Assembly: GCF_002571385.2 (NCBI RefSeq)
Contig: NW_019217889.1
Location: forward strand, 260,744-324,743
Direction: 5' to 3'
Length of the DNA: 64,000 nt
Origin: Stylophora pistillata
Lineage: Eukaryota
The notes under the pieces were generated by a model. It worked only from the letters and a program-made list of their open reading frames with translations, was not told the origin of the DNA and ran no database searches. The translations under genes and the position numbers were made by a program. This document shows, one piece after another, positions 25,071 through 44,416 of the stretch. Each line of letters starts with the position of its first letter. Position 1 is the first letter of the stretch.

Positions 25071-25965
25071 CATGAAATTTGCTGAAAACTGGCTTCGGTT
25101 TTGGGGCTACAACCAACTGAAAGGGACTTCCATTTATTGTATCGTCCCTTTATTTTGATTGATATCTTGAAGTCTCCAACAGCTCTTGGCGTGTAAGATA
25201 CACAATAACGGCCATCTTTTAAGTCCTTTACAAGAGCTGGAATATTTTTGGTTCCCTGTTGTACGGATGTGATCTCCACCGTGACGTTGTCAATTTCACT
25301 GTAGGTTGTTTTGCCGCCTGAATCCTTCGTTGTGACCGTAAAGTAGCTTACCTCTCCTTGAATACTTTCAGTTAGTCCTTGTCCTGTTCCAACAGAAAAG
25401 TAAGGCTCTGTAAAGGTTACATGTAGCACACCAAGACGGAAATCTGGAGGCAGCGTATTTATCTAATACTTGAACTCTGGATATCTTAGTAGTGGCGTAG
25501 AATTCTGAAACCTTTGCGCAACAGTTCCATGAAGCTGATGTTTTACGTCTAACATTTTCCTTACGTCATTTGTTTGTAAAACTTCTCTACCATGTCTTGT
25601 GCTCTTGTACATTAGTCGGAGCTTTTCGACGAGCTTCGACAACTCATATTTTATGGCCTCGTCGTAAAGCGACTTTTCTTTTGCCAACTTTTCTGTCATC
25701 ATTTCTTCCTGTTGACGAAGAACATTTTTAATACCTTCCGTCACGCTATGAACTTCTGCCGCCACTTTATCGATGCTATTATTGTATTTCGCTTTTCTTT
25801 CACTTAAAGACTCAAAATGGTTCCTCAGAAGCAAAGAATTCTCCTAAATATCTCTCAAGCTACTTTGGATAATCCCTCTCTGCTTCTTTGCTCCATCTTC
25901 AAGCGACATGATGTTGTGATCTATCGGATCTCGATGTTCCGTAATGGCGAATGCAGATCCAACAG
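25071..25965 (-). pseudogene. TRIM remnant (partial B-box, coiled coil, filamin), paralog of the exon at 54185
   Basis: Motifs EHRDPIDHNIMSLEDGAK and GQGLTESIQGEVSYFTVTTKD..KDGRYCVSY. In-frame stop at 25463 and a +1 frameshift near 25148. It ends AAATTTCATG|GTAAG like the 54-kb TRIM. Confidence 0.85.
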
Positions 25966-26257
25966 CGACCCAACAGCGACTGCAGGAAATAAAAAGTTAC
26001 TCTGGAAGGCACAAATTTGAATCCCATTTATAGCTTCCATACTATAATTTATTGAATTGCAGCTCATCTGCGAGGATCAAAGCTTTACTTAAACTGCATG
26101 TCAAAAAAACAAAAGTATGTTGACATGTGAGAACTTTTGGTTGATTGGTCTCAGTAAATTGTTCCTGGCAGAGGGAGCACTCCAATTCTTTCTTGATAGC
26201 ATCATAAAGAATGTTCTCACAGAACAGGCCGTATTGCTCTTTAATTCAAATAATCAA

Positions 26258-26592
26258 CTGCTCCCAGTTGGCTTGTTAGCTCAATTGGTAGACCGCTGCA
26301 CTAGTATCGCAGAGGTCAGTGGTTCGAGTCCCGTACAGGCCTGATTTTTTCAGGTCTGATTTTCGCTATTGCTTAAATAGCGCTATCTACTGCGAGGATC
26401 GTGCATCATACGTATCTAATACCGCAGTTCAAAATATATGAACTTCATATATTTCATTGTATCTGATTTATCACTTTCACGGGTTTATTACGAATCGACT
26501 TAACGGCCTGCTCCCAGTTGGCTTGTTAGCTCAATTGGTAGAGCGCTGCACTAGTATCGCAGAGGTCAGTGGTTCGAGTCCCGTACAGGCCT
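26258..26592 (+). mobile_element. tRNA-derived SINE-like tandem repeat with two tRNA-Thr(AGT)-like heads 250 bp apart (26270-26342, 26520-26592)
   Basis: Acceptor stem GGCTTGT/ACAGGCC, A and B boxes, anticodon loop CT-AGT-AT, and a mispaired T-stem. The family is multicopy in this window. Confidence 0.75.
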
Positions 26593-27029
26593 NNNNNNNN
26601 NNNNNNNNNNNNNNNNNNNNNNNNNNNNNNNNNNNNNNNNNNNNNNNNNNNNNNNNNNNNNNNNNNNNNNNNNNNNNNNNNNNNNNNNNNNNNNNNNNNN
26701 NNNNNNNNNNNNNNNNNNNNNNNNNNNNNNNNNNNNNNNNNNNNNNNNNNNNNNNNNNNNNNNNNNNNNNNNNNNNNNNNNNNNNNNNNNNNNNNNNNNN
26801 NNNNNNNNNNNNNNNNNNNNNNNNNNNNNNNNNNNNNNNNNNNNNNNNNNNNNNNNNNNNNNNNNNNNNNNNNNNNNNNNNNNNNNNNNNNNNNNNNNNN
26901 NNNNNNNNNNNNNNNNNNNNNNNNNNNNNNNNNNNNNNNNNNNNNNNNNNNNNNNNNNNNNNNNNNNNNNNNNNNNNNNNNNNNNNNNNNNNNNNNNNNN
27001 NNNNNNNNNNNNNNNNNNNNNNNNNNNNN

Positions 27030-27524
27030 TTCCATTTTCCATTCACTCGATTCACAATTCCTCCCACAGATCTTTCACTAGCGATACTTTTATCTCCAGA
27101 TCGATCGGCTTTCCAATTTCGAATTTGGCTGCTTGAAACGTTCGCGGCCCGTTCGCCGATCGCACAGTATGTTGGGTGACAAAAATAAGCCCGGCGAGGA
27201 TAGCCAGCGGCCTGCAGTCCAAAAACAATAAATTAGTAAACACATTTCCATTCGATGTTGATTGGTCGATCAAAACAATGCGGTCTTGACAAAACCTCTC
27301 GAGGGGACCAGGGGAGCTAACGGGTTTGTTTTTGGACTGCAGGCCGCTGGCTACCCTCGCCGGGCTTATTTTTGTTACCCAACATACTGTGCGATCGGCG
27401 AACGGGCCGCGAACGTTTCAAGCAGCCAAATTCGAAATTGGAAAGCCGATCGATCTGGAGATAAAAGTATCGCTAGTGAAAGATCTGTGGGAGGAATTGT
27501 GAATCGAGTGAATGGAAAATGGAA
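27030..27524. repeat. Long inverted repeat (arms about 27030-27228 and 27326-27524, spacer about 97 bp)
   Basis: The roughly 200-bp arms are reverse complements with only about 2 mismatches seen. The left arm abuts the gap. Confidence 0.9.
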
Positions 27525-28410
27525 CTGCAACATCTCTGCTTTGATTTTCTGGAGGAATCGAGACTGGTGGTAATTTTTTGGCGGAATTATTCGCTTCGGG
27601 CGACGGACGCTTCTAAAATAGGTTTCCGGCCTTGTCTTTCTTTTAGCAGTTGAACACCAACATAGCGCTAACTCGCCGAAAACGCTTCAAAATGGCCTGA
27701 GACGCTCGGAATCAACAAAGAAAACAACAAGGCAATAAGGTAAGCCCATTTTATTTCAAAACAAGACATTTTTTTCTCTCTTTTAAGGCAAACCGATAAC
27801 ATCCCATACAAACCTTTATAAAAATAAAACGTTACGCAACACGGTAAGAATCACGTCCGCTTTTCTAGGAGTGAGCTTGGGCTGCCTGTGCGTATCCAAG
27901 TGAATTAGTGTAAAACCAAAAGCAGCCCAAGCGTAAAAATTATAACAATAAAGTTAAAAAGAATAATAAAAGCGAGGAATAACACGAGTGAAGTCTCCTT
28001 ACCTTTTTTCCGTAGCCGCTTTGTTGCTAGCAGTCGTTTTAACGCTGTTTTGGCGACTTTCTTTGTAACGCGTGTAGTGCTACCGGCCAACTGAATAATT
28101 TTTCTATTTTCAGTTGACTGGTAACACCGCACGCGTTACAAACAAAGTGGCCAAAACAGCGTTAAAAGGACCGTAAAGGACAAAGTAGCCACGGGAAAAA
28201 AGTAAGGATACTTCATACCATATATTTCTCGCTTTTATTGTCCTTTGAAATGTTTTCTTAATTTTTTTTATATAATTTTTCCTTTTATAAAGTTGACTTT
28301 AGACCCCAAGATCACACACAGTCAGTACCCTTGGGCCGCCTGCGATAAAACGAAACTGTAAATCTAGATCTATTACAAAGCGAATTTCTCCCGCTGCCTC
28401 ATTAGAAGCT

Positions 28411-29817
28411 ATGGCGCAAAGTAAAAGCTTCTTCGATGATGTGAAAAAGGAAGTAGAATGCCCAGTGTGTCAGGAACAGTTTGGCGAAAACAAGGAACCG
28501 AAAATACTCAAATGTTTTCATACGTTCTGTAAATCATGTCTGGAAGGTTGGCTTCGACAACAACGCAAGGAAGCTTTGAGTTGCCCGACTTGCCGAACAA
28601 AAACTGAGTGCCCTAACAATGATATCGACAGTCTTCCGTCGAACCTGTTTTACAAACAAATGGTGGAAATTGTGGAGGCATACACTGGTCAAGAAGAATC
28701 ATCATGTTGCGGGAAATGCGACGAACAAAAATCGCTGAAGTTTTACTGCTCTAATTGCAACTGTTTACTGTGCGAAGAATGCGCTGCATTACACAAGAAA
28801 TGGAAAGACTTCAGAGGCCATCAACTTAAGGAAATCGGAAAACTTCAGTCTCGTGATGTAGATGACTACTCTCGGAAAGCAAACGTTTGCAAGGAACACG
28901 ACGACGAATTTAGATTTTTCTGTTTAGCATGTCGAATTTGCATTTGTCGTGATTGCGCCATATTGGATCACGACGACCACAAGAAAATTTCACTCGAGAA
29001 AGGACTAGAAAATAAGACAACTGAAATTAAGAATAGGATACAAGAGGTTCAGTCGAACGGATCTCACTTGAGAAACAAAAAGGAATCGTTGGAGAAACGT
29101 AGATCCAAAGTAATCGACAGCTTTGAGCGAGCAACGAACAGTGTACGCGTAATTGCAGAACAATGGATCACATTCATTCGTAAGCATGAAACAGACATCA
29201 CAGAAAAGTTAATGAAGCAGAAAGAGGCATTTAAAGCTGAATTTTCAAACCAGATGTCGAGCTTGGATGATAGACTGGTGGACATCGACAGCAGCCTGCA
29301 ATTTGGCGAGGAAATTCTTTCTCGTAAGAATCTACCAGAAATATTAAACGTCGAAGAAATGTTGGAGAACAGACTGCAGGAACTATCCGTGCCTTTTGAA
29401 CCTACACTGGATTTCCCTGAAGTTATGTACAGTTCAAATGATTTCAGTTGCTTGAAAGACGGACCTGGAAAGCTGATAAGGACAGTTTCGGAACCTATGG
29501 TATCTGTTGTGGAAGGTCAAGGTTTGACTGAGGCCATCCAAGGAGAAGAGAGCACATTTACTGTGATTACAAAAGATATCGAGGGCCAAATAGTTTATAG
29601 CGAAATCGATCAGGTCAATGTTGAAATAACTTCTATCAATAAAAAAGGGACTTTGATAGCCAGCGTGACAGACTCAAAGAATGGCCGATATCAGGTAAAG
29701 TACAGAAGTGAGACAACAGGTGACTTCAAAATATCCGTTACTGTCCGTGGTGAAGCCATCAAGGACAGTCCGTTCACTTTAAGAGTGAGAAAGAGAGAAC
29801 CACAGGCATTTTATCAG
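28411..29817 (+). CDS. Intact TRIM exon (TRIM2/3/45/71-like RBCC plus filamin), 469 codons
   Basis: [21 protein letters not shown]; B-box1 CGKC..CSNC..CEEC..H..H; B-box2 CKEH..CLAC..CRDC..H..H; filamin [17 protein letters not shown]...DSPF; donor CAG|GTATCG. Confidence 0.93.
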
Positions 29818-32800
29818 GTATCGTTTTTCATGTTCCTTAAACTTCCAAGCAGTTTCAATTGAAAGAACGTAATCTACATGAATATGAGCTTGATATATTT
29901 GTTGAAAAGTCACCACCGCTGATGTAATTCTCGCTGGATCCCTGAACTTCCCCATGATTTCTTCACTGAATTCACTTTACGCTTTAAAGTTGTATTTCAT
30001 TAGAAACTGGCTACACTAAGAAAATCGATTCACTTTCGCGGATAAACCTTCAAAACAACTATGATTGACTCTTTTAGTGGAACAGGTATTGGACAGATGA
30101 GGGTGACGATAATTCTGATAATGATGATCCGTTGGAACACAAACTGGGTAAGTGCAGCATTTATGCATCTCTTTGTATCTGCAAATGCGTGTTAGATAAA
30201 CACAAGCTTGAGACTTCAAAGACTGAGCAGCAGGACGAACTTAATATTACTTTGAGCCAACGTTCACATACAGGCTTCCCTAAAATTGTTTTAAGTAGAT
30301 CACAGTGTGTTAACGCACTCAGGGGAGCTAGCTATTGCTACTAACGTAAGTAGAGTACATAAAATCTTAATTTCCACATTTACTTCACGGGATGTTTAAA
30401 GGTGAAAGTACAGGTTGACAGCTTAGTAAGTATCACCTTTATAAGAACTTGTTCGCAACAAAGTTAAGGAGGAGACTGACATCGAGTTCCACGATACAAG
30501 TGAAGGGTTTTTACTTTCAGGGAGTTTCCAACAAGTAAAACAGAGTCGAGATCTGTTCAGCCACTACTTAAGAAATGTGGTTCAGAATTTAGATTTGAGA
30601 CCGTAAATTTCCGATGAGTCAGAGAAGAAAAGGAGATCAGCGAAGCATCCAGAGAAATTTTCAAGTCCTACATCAAATGAGACTGGTCACTTGGAAAATG
30701 AGAAGGAAGCAGGCGCTGTAAAAGGCTCAGGTAACGAAAATAACTTTGAAGAGGAAGAATCTTCAAATTTGGAACCTCAACAGTACGAAACGACGAAGAG
30801 GTTTTTCCCTTTGTTCGTCAGAGCCCATGGCGAAGACTTACAGAGAATCGAAAAGGATTTTAGAGTAAAAGTGCATAGAGAAGCCGTTGATAACAAAGTC
30901 ATCGTGGCACCAACCGGACGCTGCACTGTTAAAGAATTTGATGAGGGATGCGATGCTTTCATTACTCTTTATCAAGATGTTCATAAGCGCATGAAGCTCG
31001 AACAATTTATTCCGAGAGACGAGGAAACACCAACACGTGTGAGGCAACGTATCAGGGACATAGGCAAGACACACCCCGTCTTGGTTGAAAAATGCGAGGA
31101 CCGCAAACACTGGAAAGTCTACGGCGAAGATTGTTTGGTGGATAAATTTCTCAGCGATCTCCTCACCGAGCGTCTGATTATAATCATACTGCACCGGAGC
31201 CTGAGGGTTGGAACGGGGATTGGACAGGTGAGGGTGACGACGATTCTGATGGTGGTGATTCGTTGGAACACAAACTTGGTAAGTGCAGAATTGATGCGTC
31301 TTGTTAAAAGACAAAATTGGCATTTAGCAAGAATTTTTATGAAGTGTGTTTTTAAACTTATTTAAGTGTTAAGAACATAAAAGGAAATACTATAAGCCAT
31401 TCAGTACAGAAATTATAACTAAGCAAAGTTGATCCTTTCCATTCGTTTTGGCGGTCATAACTTTCAGGTAGAATTTCTGTCAACTTTTTCTCATTGTGGT
31501 CGTTAATTTAGACTTGAAAGCAGATGTTCAGTTTCTACGGTAATTACAACTTGTGATAGAATATTTTGGTTATCTCGCAGTAAGCTATATTTCAATTATT
31601 TTGATCTGTTTGATAAAGAAGAGAGTAAATCGCTCTGGTAAAAGTTAGACTCGTAGAGGAATTCCAGGAAATTTCTACTTGTTATACTTTCTACTATTTT
31701 CAGGCTCGTTTTTAGATTAAATTCTATGTCAAATTCACGATCAAGGAAATATTTCTTAAATTTTAATTTGACACCTCTTTCTTTAAGGTGACCGTAAGGG
31801 GGCGGTACTTGTGTACACTCCTTCTTCCTCGAATCCTCTGTTTATTCTGTTGTTATGTAACAAAGTTCAAGGACTGTTTTCGTTTTAGTTATCTTTTTAA
31901 GTGCAATTCTAATCCACGCAACGGTTTCTTTATATTTTTTTTTAATATTGCCAATCTTGTTTTTGTTTTACCGGAACTAATTAAAACTGGAAATGTAAGA
32001 AATTTAAGGTAGAAAACGATTTTGTAACTGCGTAAACAACTCGAAAGTACATACTTAGTATACAGGGACTGTTTAACGTAACTTAGCATGATTCGCTAGT
32101 TAAGATAAAAACAATGATGATGCATGAAGATTGACAGCTTAATAAGTATCACCTTTATAAGCTGGTGAACAACATTTTCACTCAGAGCTGAGCTAGTCCC
32201 GATAGTAGTAAGTTGTATTAAGAGATCAAAGCAAGGAATAAAGAAGTATCAACTGTACAGGAGTGTTAGAAAAGCTTCTAGCAATCTCTTATATCTGCGA
32301 AATGCGTGTTTGATAGATGTACATTCGTTGTTAATCAACGTTGTCCGTATAATTTCCTGACAAGAAGAAAATACCTAGGAATTATTTAGCTGTACTCTCT
32401 TTAGTTGACCATGAATATGATTCTCATTTATCCTTAAATGTCTTGAAAAACTAAAGTCACTTTTTACACAGGCCTATAAGACTTAAAGGCTGAAGAACAA
32501 GACGAACGTGGAATTATTTTGAGCTAACATCCACATGCACGTTTCCCTGAAAACTGCTTACTGTAGATGGTCTATAAATGCATTGTGCTGATTTTTACCT
32601 CCAACTTAGTTAAGTATAATACAAAATCCTTATTTCCACAATTCAGGGCTCAAAGTTAGCGACCAGCTGGTCGCACATGCAACTAGATTTTTAATTGTGC
32701 GCCTAAAAATTCATGTGTGAACGCACTTGCGCGCCTATAAATCCCAGAAATTAGTGCGACTGAGCTTATCACCACTCAACTCTGTTTTCTCACCTGATCA

Positions 32801-35800
32801 TTCTAAAATGACTCCGACTGGTTGGACACGAAACGGAATATTAAATTAATAAGTTCAATCGTAGGTATGACATAATCAGGCTGCAAACAATAAAGTTATC
32901 ATTTTCCTTGCACCAGTGTGTGTTTTACTCGTCTTTTTCTGCCGTGGGTTCTCCGAACTCGGTGCTCCATATTCCTATTCCATCCCAGCCCTGTTCGGTT
33001 TTGCGAATACTCCGCTGACGCATGCGAGTCAAGGCTACCTTTAAAGCACGTGCTTCTCGGCAATCAAGTTCACCGGTCGATGTGAAAGGTCAAGCCAGAG
33101 GCAAGAATGTCTAAACAACCTGGTTTAAAAGAATTTTTTTCTTCACGGTGAGAACAATTTAAATAAAACGATGAATAATAAATTGTTTTATTGTATTGTA
33201 TCGTACGTCTTAGTTAAGTCAATGGCAATCAATGTTATTCTCTTACGAAACGCTCATTTGCATAACTATAGTTTGTTATTCAACAGCCGGCCGGCGCCTT
33301 CTTCTTCAGCTTCGAACTCGAAAGCTTCATCAGTGTCCAGCTCCATTGATAGAGCCATGTTTATTGCAGGGATTGTTATTTGAACCGTAGCGATCAGAGA
33401 CCAAGGCGTCCCAACTTTGCTTACAGAAGGTGGCCAGATGAACTAATTTCAGTTGCTGACTCGTGGGACTCACCGGATTTCGAATGATCGAGTTAATGTT
33501 GTATTAATCACTTTGTTCTACGTCCAAGTCTGTTTCAGCTTTAAACTAAAAGTATATTCATTGGAAATCAAATGAAAGTTGTGAGCAGTAAACTGACAGT
33601 GTATATTTTCTTAGTTATTCACGTTCATTTCAAAGGAAATGAATACGGAATTTTTCTGTTACCTTGAATGTACCGGGACCATGAAGTGCAATACTTCTTG
33701 AGATCGAGAAGGTTAATTAAAAAAAAAAACGTAACAGTATTATTGTTATCTCCAATGTAGAGTAATAGCCTGGAGGTAGGAACAAACACAGATTCATTTA
33801 AAATAAAAGACAACATACCGTTAAATTATTACTTATACAACGTCTGAAGCTTTCTTTTTTTTTTGGGTTTCACCACTATTTTAGGCTGAGTTCCTAAAAT
33901 TTTTCGCTGTTCACCTAGAATTTTAGCAGTGCGTCTAAAAATTTACACCTGGTAGTGCAAGTGCTTCCAAAACCAAAATTAAACTTTGAGCCCTCCTCAT
34001 TTGTTTCACGGGATGTTTAAATATGGAAAGTACATGGGAAAAACTGGATAGTATAAACATCGAAGTAATATAACTAATAAGATACGGCCTTTATATTTAT
34101 AATCAGCTCGTTTTATTGTACAGGTTCAGTGAAGCTTTCTGTTGTGAAGGGTGACATCACGGATCAACAAGTTGATGCGATAGTGAATGCAGCCAATGCC
34201 AGACTGGATCATGGTGCAGGAGTCGCTGGTGCAATTATCAAGAAAGGGGGCCATGGTATACAGAAAGAGTCGGATCACTACATCCATCAACACGGCCGCC
34301 TGAAGGATGGAGAGGTAGCCACCACTGGGGCTGGTAAGTTGCCATGTAAAAGAATCATCCATGCAGTTGGTCCCATTTGGCGGAAAGCAGAACAAGAAAA
34401 ATGTAAAAATGCTTTGAGAATGGCTTGTCTTGAAAGTCTTGCAGCTGCAAGCGGAAAAAAGTATAAGTCAATTGCCTTTCCAGCGATCAGCTCAGGAATC
34501 TATGGCATGCCGAAAGATGTCTGTGCAAAAGTTATGTTTGATGCCGTGAAAGAATACCTTACGAAAAGAGATCCATCGACGTTGACTTTGATCGATATAA
34601 GATTTGTGAATATCGATGATGCAACAGTGAAAGTTTTTAAGAGAGAATTCATGGAGTTCTTCCAAATCCAAAAAGATAACCTTCTGGCAGGTGGTCCGAA
34701 GACATCCAACCCATCGAGACCAAAAAGGGATAAAAAGAAAGAAACAAGTGGAATGAATGATGTGAATGATCCGCTATCGCCGGATATCACCTCATTAGAT
34801 ATTTTCTTCCGCGATGTATTGAAAAGAAAAAGACGTGATGGCGAAAGGGGGCCCTCAGCATCGTCAGAAGGTAATTTCATTTTTCATGACGGCGAAAATT
34901 ATCGTAAATTATGACTGTTAACCCTTTCTATCAATTAGTTGTATGCAGCTAATAAACAAAATATTTTAGGTGTGCAACTGGATGACTGAACAAAAAAATA
35001 TTGAAGCTGTTCGTCTAAATTTGGAAAAAATACCTTTCATGTAAATTTACTCTTTGGAGTAATAAAAGCGTTCCGGGTACAGAGACTTGAATTGGTTATC
35101 AATCCCTTTTTATCTCCTTTGTTGCTTATGTCGTAATAATTTCCTAGAAGGAATTATGATCATGAATTTAGGTATATCTGATTCACATTACTTATATCAT
35201 GGATTTGCTTCTGTAGGAGCTCGTAAGGATGACCAATGCGCCATTTGTCTCGATACCGTGAAAAATGCTCGATCTTTAAAGTGTAAGCACGTCTTCTGCA
35301 CTAGTTGTGTGGAAACTGTTTTAGAGTACGACAACAGGTGTCCAATTTGTAAGGAACCTCAAGGTGCTGTTCAAGGAAATCAGCCCAATGGAGAAATGCA
35401 GGTTCAGAAACTTCGTCAGAGTCTGCCAGGCTATAAAGGTAATAAAGTTACAGAATACCTATAAATAACTTATAACTCAAAATACTAAGTATCGGAATAA
35501 CTATTGATGCAATAGGGATATTTTGTGACGTATTTTAACTTTAAATAGTTTAAGATCCCCTCGTTGTAACTGCGCTCCTGGTCGAACGCAACCAGGAGCC
35601 CATTACCCTGACTCAACCATACCAAATAAAAAATCAATCGATTTGATAATCAATCCTTCGCACCTTCGCAATCTCTTTTATTGCAGCTCAGCTGAGATTT
35701 ATCAATCGACAGTGGTTAAGTTGCGCCTTGTGGACCCGCAACAAATTTTGACAGCTGTGATGGCGAGTATCGTTGTTGATTAGAGTACAGACCACGCTAA

Positions 35801-36773
35801 CCACGGTCGATTATTTTTTTTACACGATATTGACGTCAAATAAAACGATTCTTTCAATGCGTGACACGATGCGTAACAAATTGACATGAGCAGGGTTGTC
35901 TGTACTCTTATCGACAACGGCAAATTGGCCAATCAGATTGCGTCATTTCCGCTAACTGTGGTCAAAGATTTTCTTAACTTGTAAGAATATAAATTAATGC
36001 TTTGATTAATTTACAAAAACTTCACCTGCTCCTGAGGTTTTATACTAGCTTTCTCTATAAATTTGACTTTATCATCCACAATTAGGGCTATAAAATTATT
36101 CTGAATCGCATTATGGTAAAGCAAACGCTGGCAGTAATTTTCTGGGTATAATTTACATGCAGGCTTCGGTACAATCCTCATCACCTATTACTTTCCACCC
36201 GGAACACAAGGCCCAGAGCATCCAAACCCTGGCCAAAGCTACTTTGGAACCAGTCGCTCTGCGTACCTACCCGATAACCAAGAGGGGAGGGAGGTGTTAG
36301 CCCTTTTGAAGAGAGCCTTTGATGCTCGGTTGGTTTTCACTGTGGGTACAACAATAACATCTGGGTTGTCAAATCAGATTACGTGGAACACTATTCACCA
36401 CAAGACCAATACTCATGGAGGTCCTCAAGGGTGAGTGAGTGTTAAGTAGTATTATCTAGAGACCAAGAAGATATTCTTGACCTTCCGAAACTGATACTTC
36501 AGAATCGAAGGTGCTGTAAAGATTTGAATTTCCAAGCTTAACTTTTGTGATTGCGACACAGATTATTTCAAACATCCTCTAGCGGTATGTTTACCGTTGT
36601 TGCAGCGTTTTTGTCATGTGGTTTAACGGCTTTAATACGAAGCCGGATAACAGCGAAATGCAAACTACAAATATTATCGCTATGGCTGTAATTATCATTA
36701 CAGGTACGGTTATCCCGACCCAGACTATCTTCGACGAGTCAAAGAAGACTTGGCAGCCAAAGGAATCCGCTAA
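28411..36773 (+). CDS. Gene C: predicted TRIM-Macro-Deltex chimera (RING-Bbox1-Bbox2-coiled coil-filamin-Macro-RING-DTC), 927 aa
   Basis: Exons 28411-29817, 30078-30147, 34124-34870, 35217-35438, 36163-36430 and 36704-36773 total 2784 nt and are open throughout. Phases are 0,1,1,1,2 and all junctions are GT-AG. Confidence 0.65.
30457..31278 (+). pseudogene. Decayed KH-like exon (paralog of gene B exon 3) inside the gene C intron
   Basis: The 5' end and acceptor are missing. In-frame TAA at 30604-30606. The frame shifts before the LEHKL G|GT donor at 31278. Confidence 0.85.
32644..33995. mobile_element. Non-autonomous DNA transposon, hAT-like termini CAGGGCTCAAAGTT...AACTTTGAGCCCT
   Basis: TIRs are visible. 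The paralogous empty site (tttccacatttacttcacgggatgtttaaa) is present near 30371-30400. Confidence 0.6.
34124..36773 (+). CDS. Intact Macro, RING and DTC exons of gene C
   Basis: Macro [23 protein letters not shown]; [21 protein letters not shown]; [22 protein letters not shown]; [22 protein letters not shown]. Confidence 0.92.
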
Positions 36774-37714
36774 TCTACTGGATCGCTGACTCCCGTCAGG
36801 AGTTGAAATTCGTAACAATCATGAGACACAACTTTTCGTAGTTTCTTTATTAAGCCGGAGGGTTCTCTCTTCGTCTTCTCAAATTTGAACTATTCAATAG
36901 GTACATTGTAGGGATAGCTAAGGTGTACACAATGGCAAAAAAGATCCTTTATTCATACGTAGGTAGTCTGTTAAGACTAAGGCGCACGAGCACCTCCAGA
37001 ACTGACTGGCAGAGACCGTATTGCTAGAATAAACTTGGCGTGCGATAAAAACCGGGTTTAGTTTAATGTAGTTTGAGTGTAGTGTGTCGTAAATTTTGAT
37101 GGCTTTCTCTTTTTAGATTTCTGGTAAAGTTTCTTAGCTTGTGGAGGGAATAGCTTGTTTGTACTCCCAGTTTACTGTTTAGGGATTATGTAAGCAGCAA
37201 CCGAAAAAAATCGCTAAAACAATAATAAAGAAGGCAACCTTTTTAAAGAGCCCCTGAGACGAAAATGGACCATTTTATTTTGGCCTAACTTGTTTACACA
37301 ATGTTGAATTGGGTCAAGTTAAGACCCTTTTTGCCATTAAAAACTCAAAACAAACCTTCGATGACCAATTTTTACCGCTTCAAAGTCGTCCAAAAATCGT
37401 CCGCCATTGCTGNNNNNNNNNNNNNNNNNNNNNNNNNNNNNNNNNNNNNNNNNNNNNNNNNNNNNNNNNNNNNNNNNNNNNNNNNNNNNNNNNNNNNNNN
37501 NNNNNNNNNNNNNNNNNNNNNNNNNNNNNNNNNNNNNNNNNNNNNNNNNNNNNNNNNNNNNNNNNNNNNNNNNNNNNNNNNNNNNNNNNNNNNNNNNNNN
37601 NNNNNNNNNNNNNNNNNNNNNNNNNNNNNNNNNNNNNNNNNNNNNNNNNNNNNNNNNNNNNNNNNNNNNNNNNNNNNNNNNNNNNNNNNNNNNNNNNNNN
37701 NNNNNNNNNNNNNN

Positions 37715-44416
<6,702 letters not shown>

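Noticed and set aside
26270-26592. Functional tRNA-Thr(AGT) genes
   Set aside because: The anticodon and T stems are mispaired, no clean terminator directly follows in all copies, and the heads are embedded in a dispersed repeat with conserved flanks, so they are SINE-like.
26457-27179. Long ORFs spanning N runs (also 37301-37867)
   Set aside because: They are open only because of assembly gaps. Only the part of 37309-38526 after 37715 is real coding sequence.
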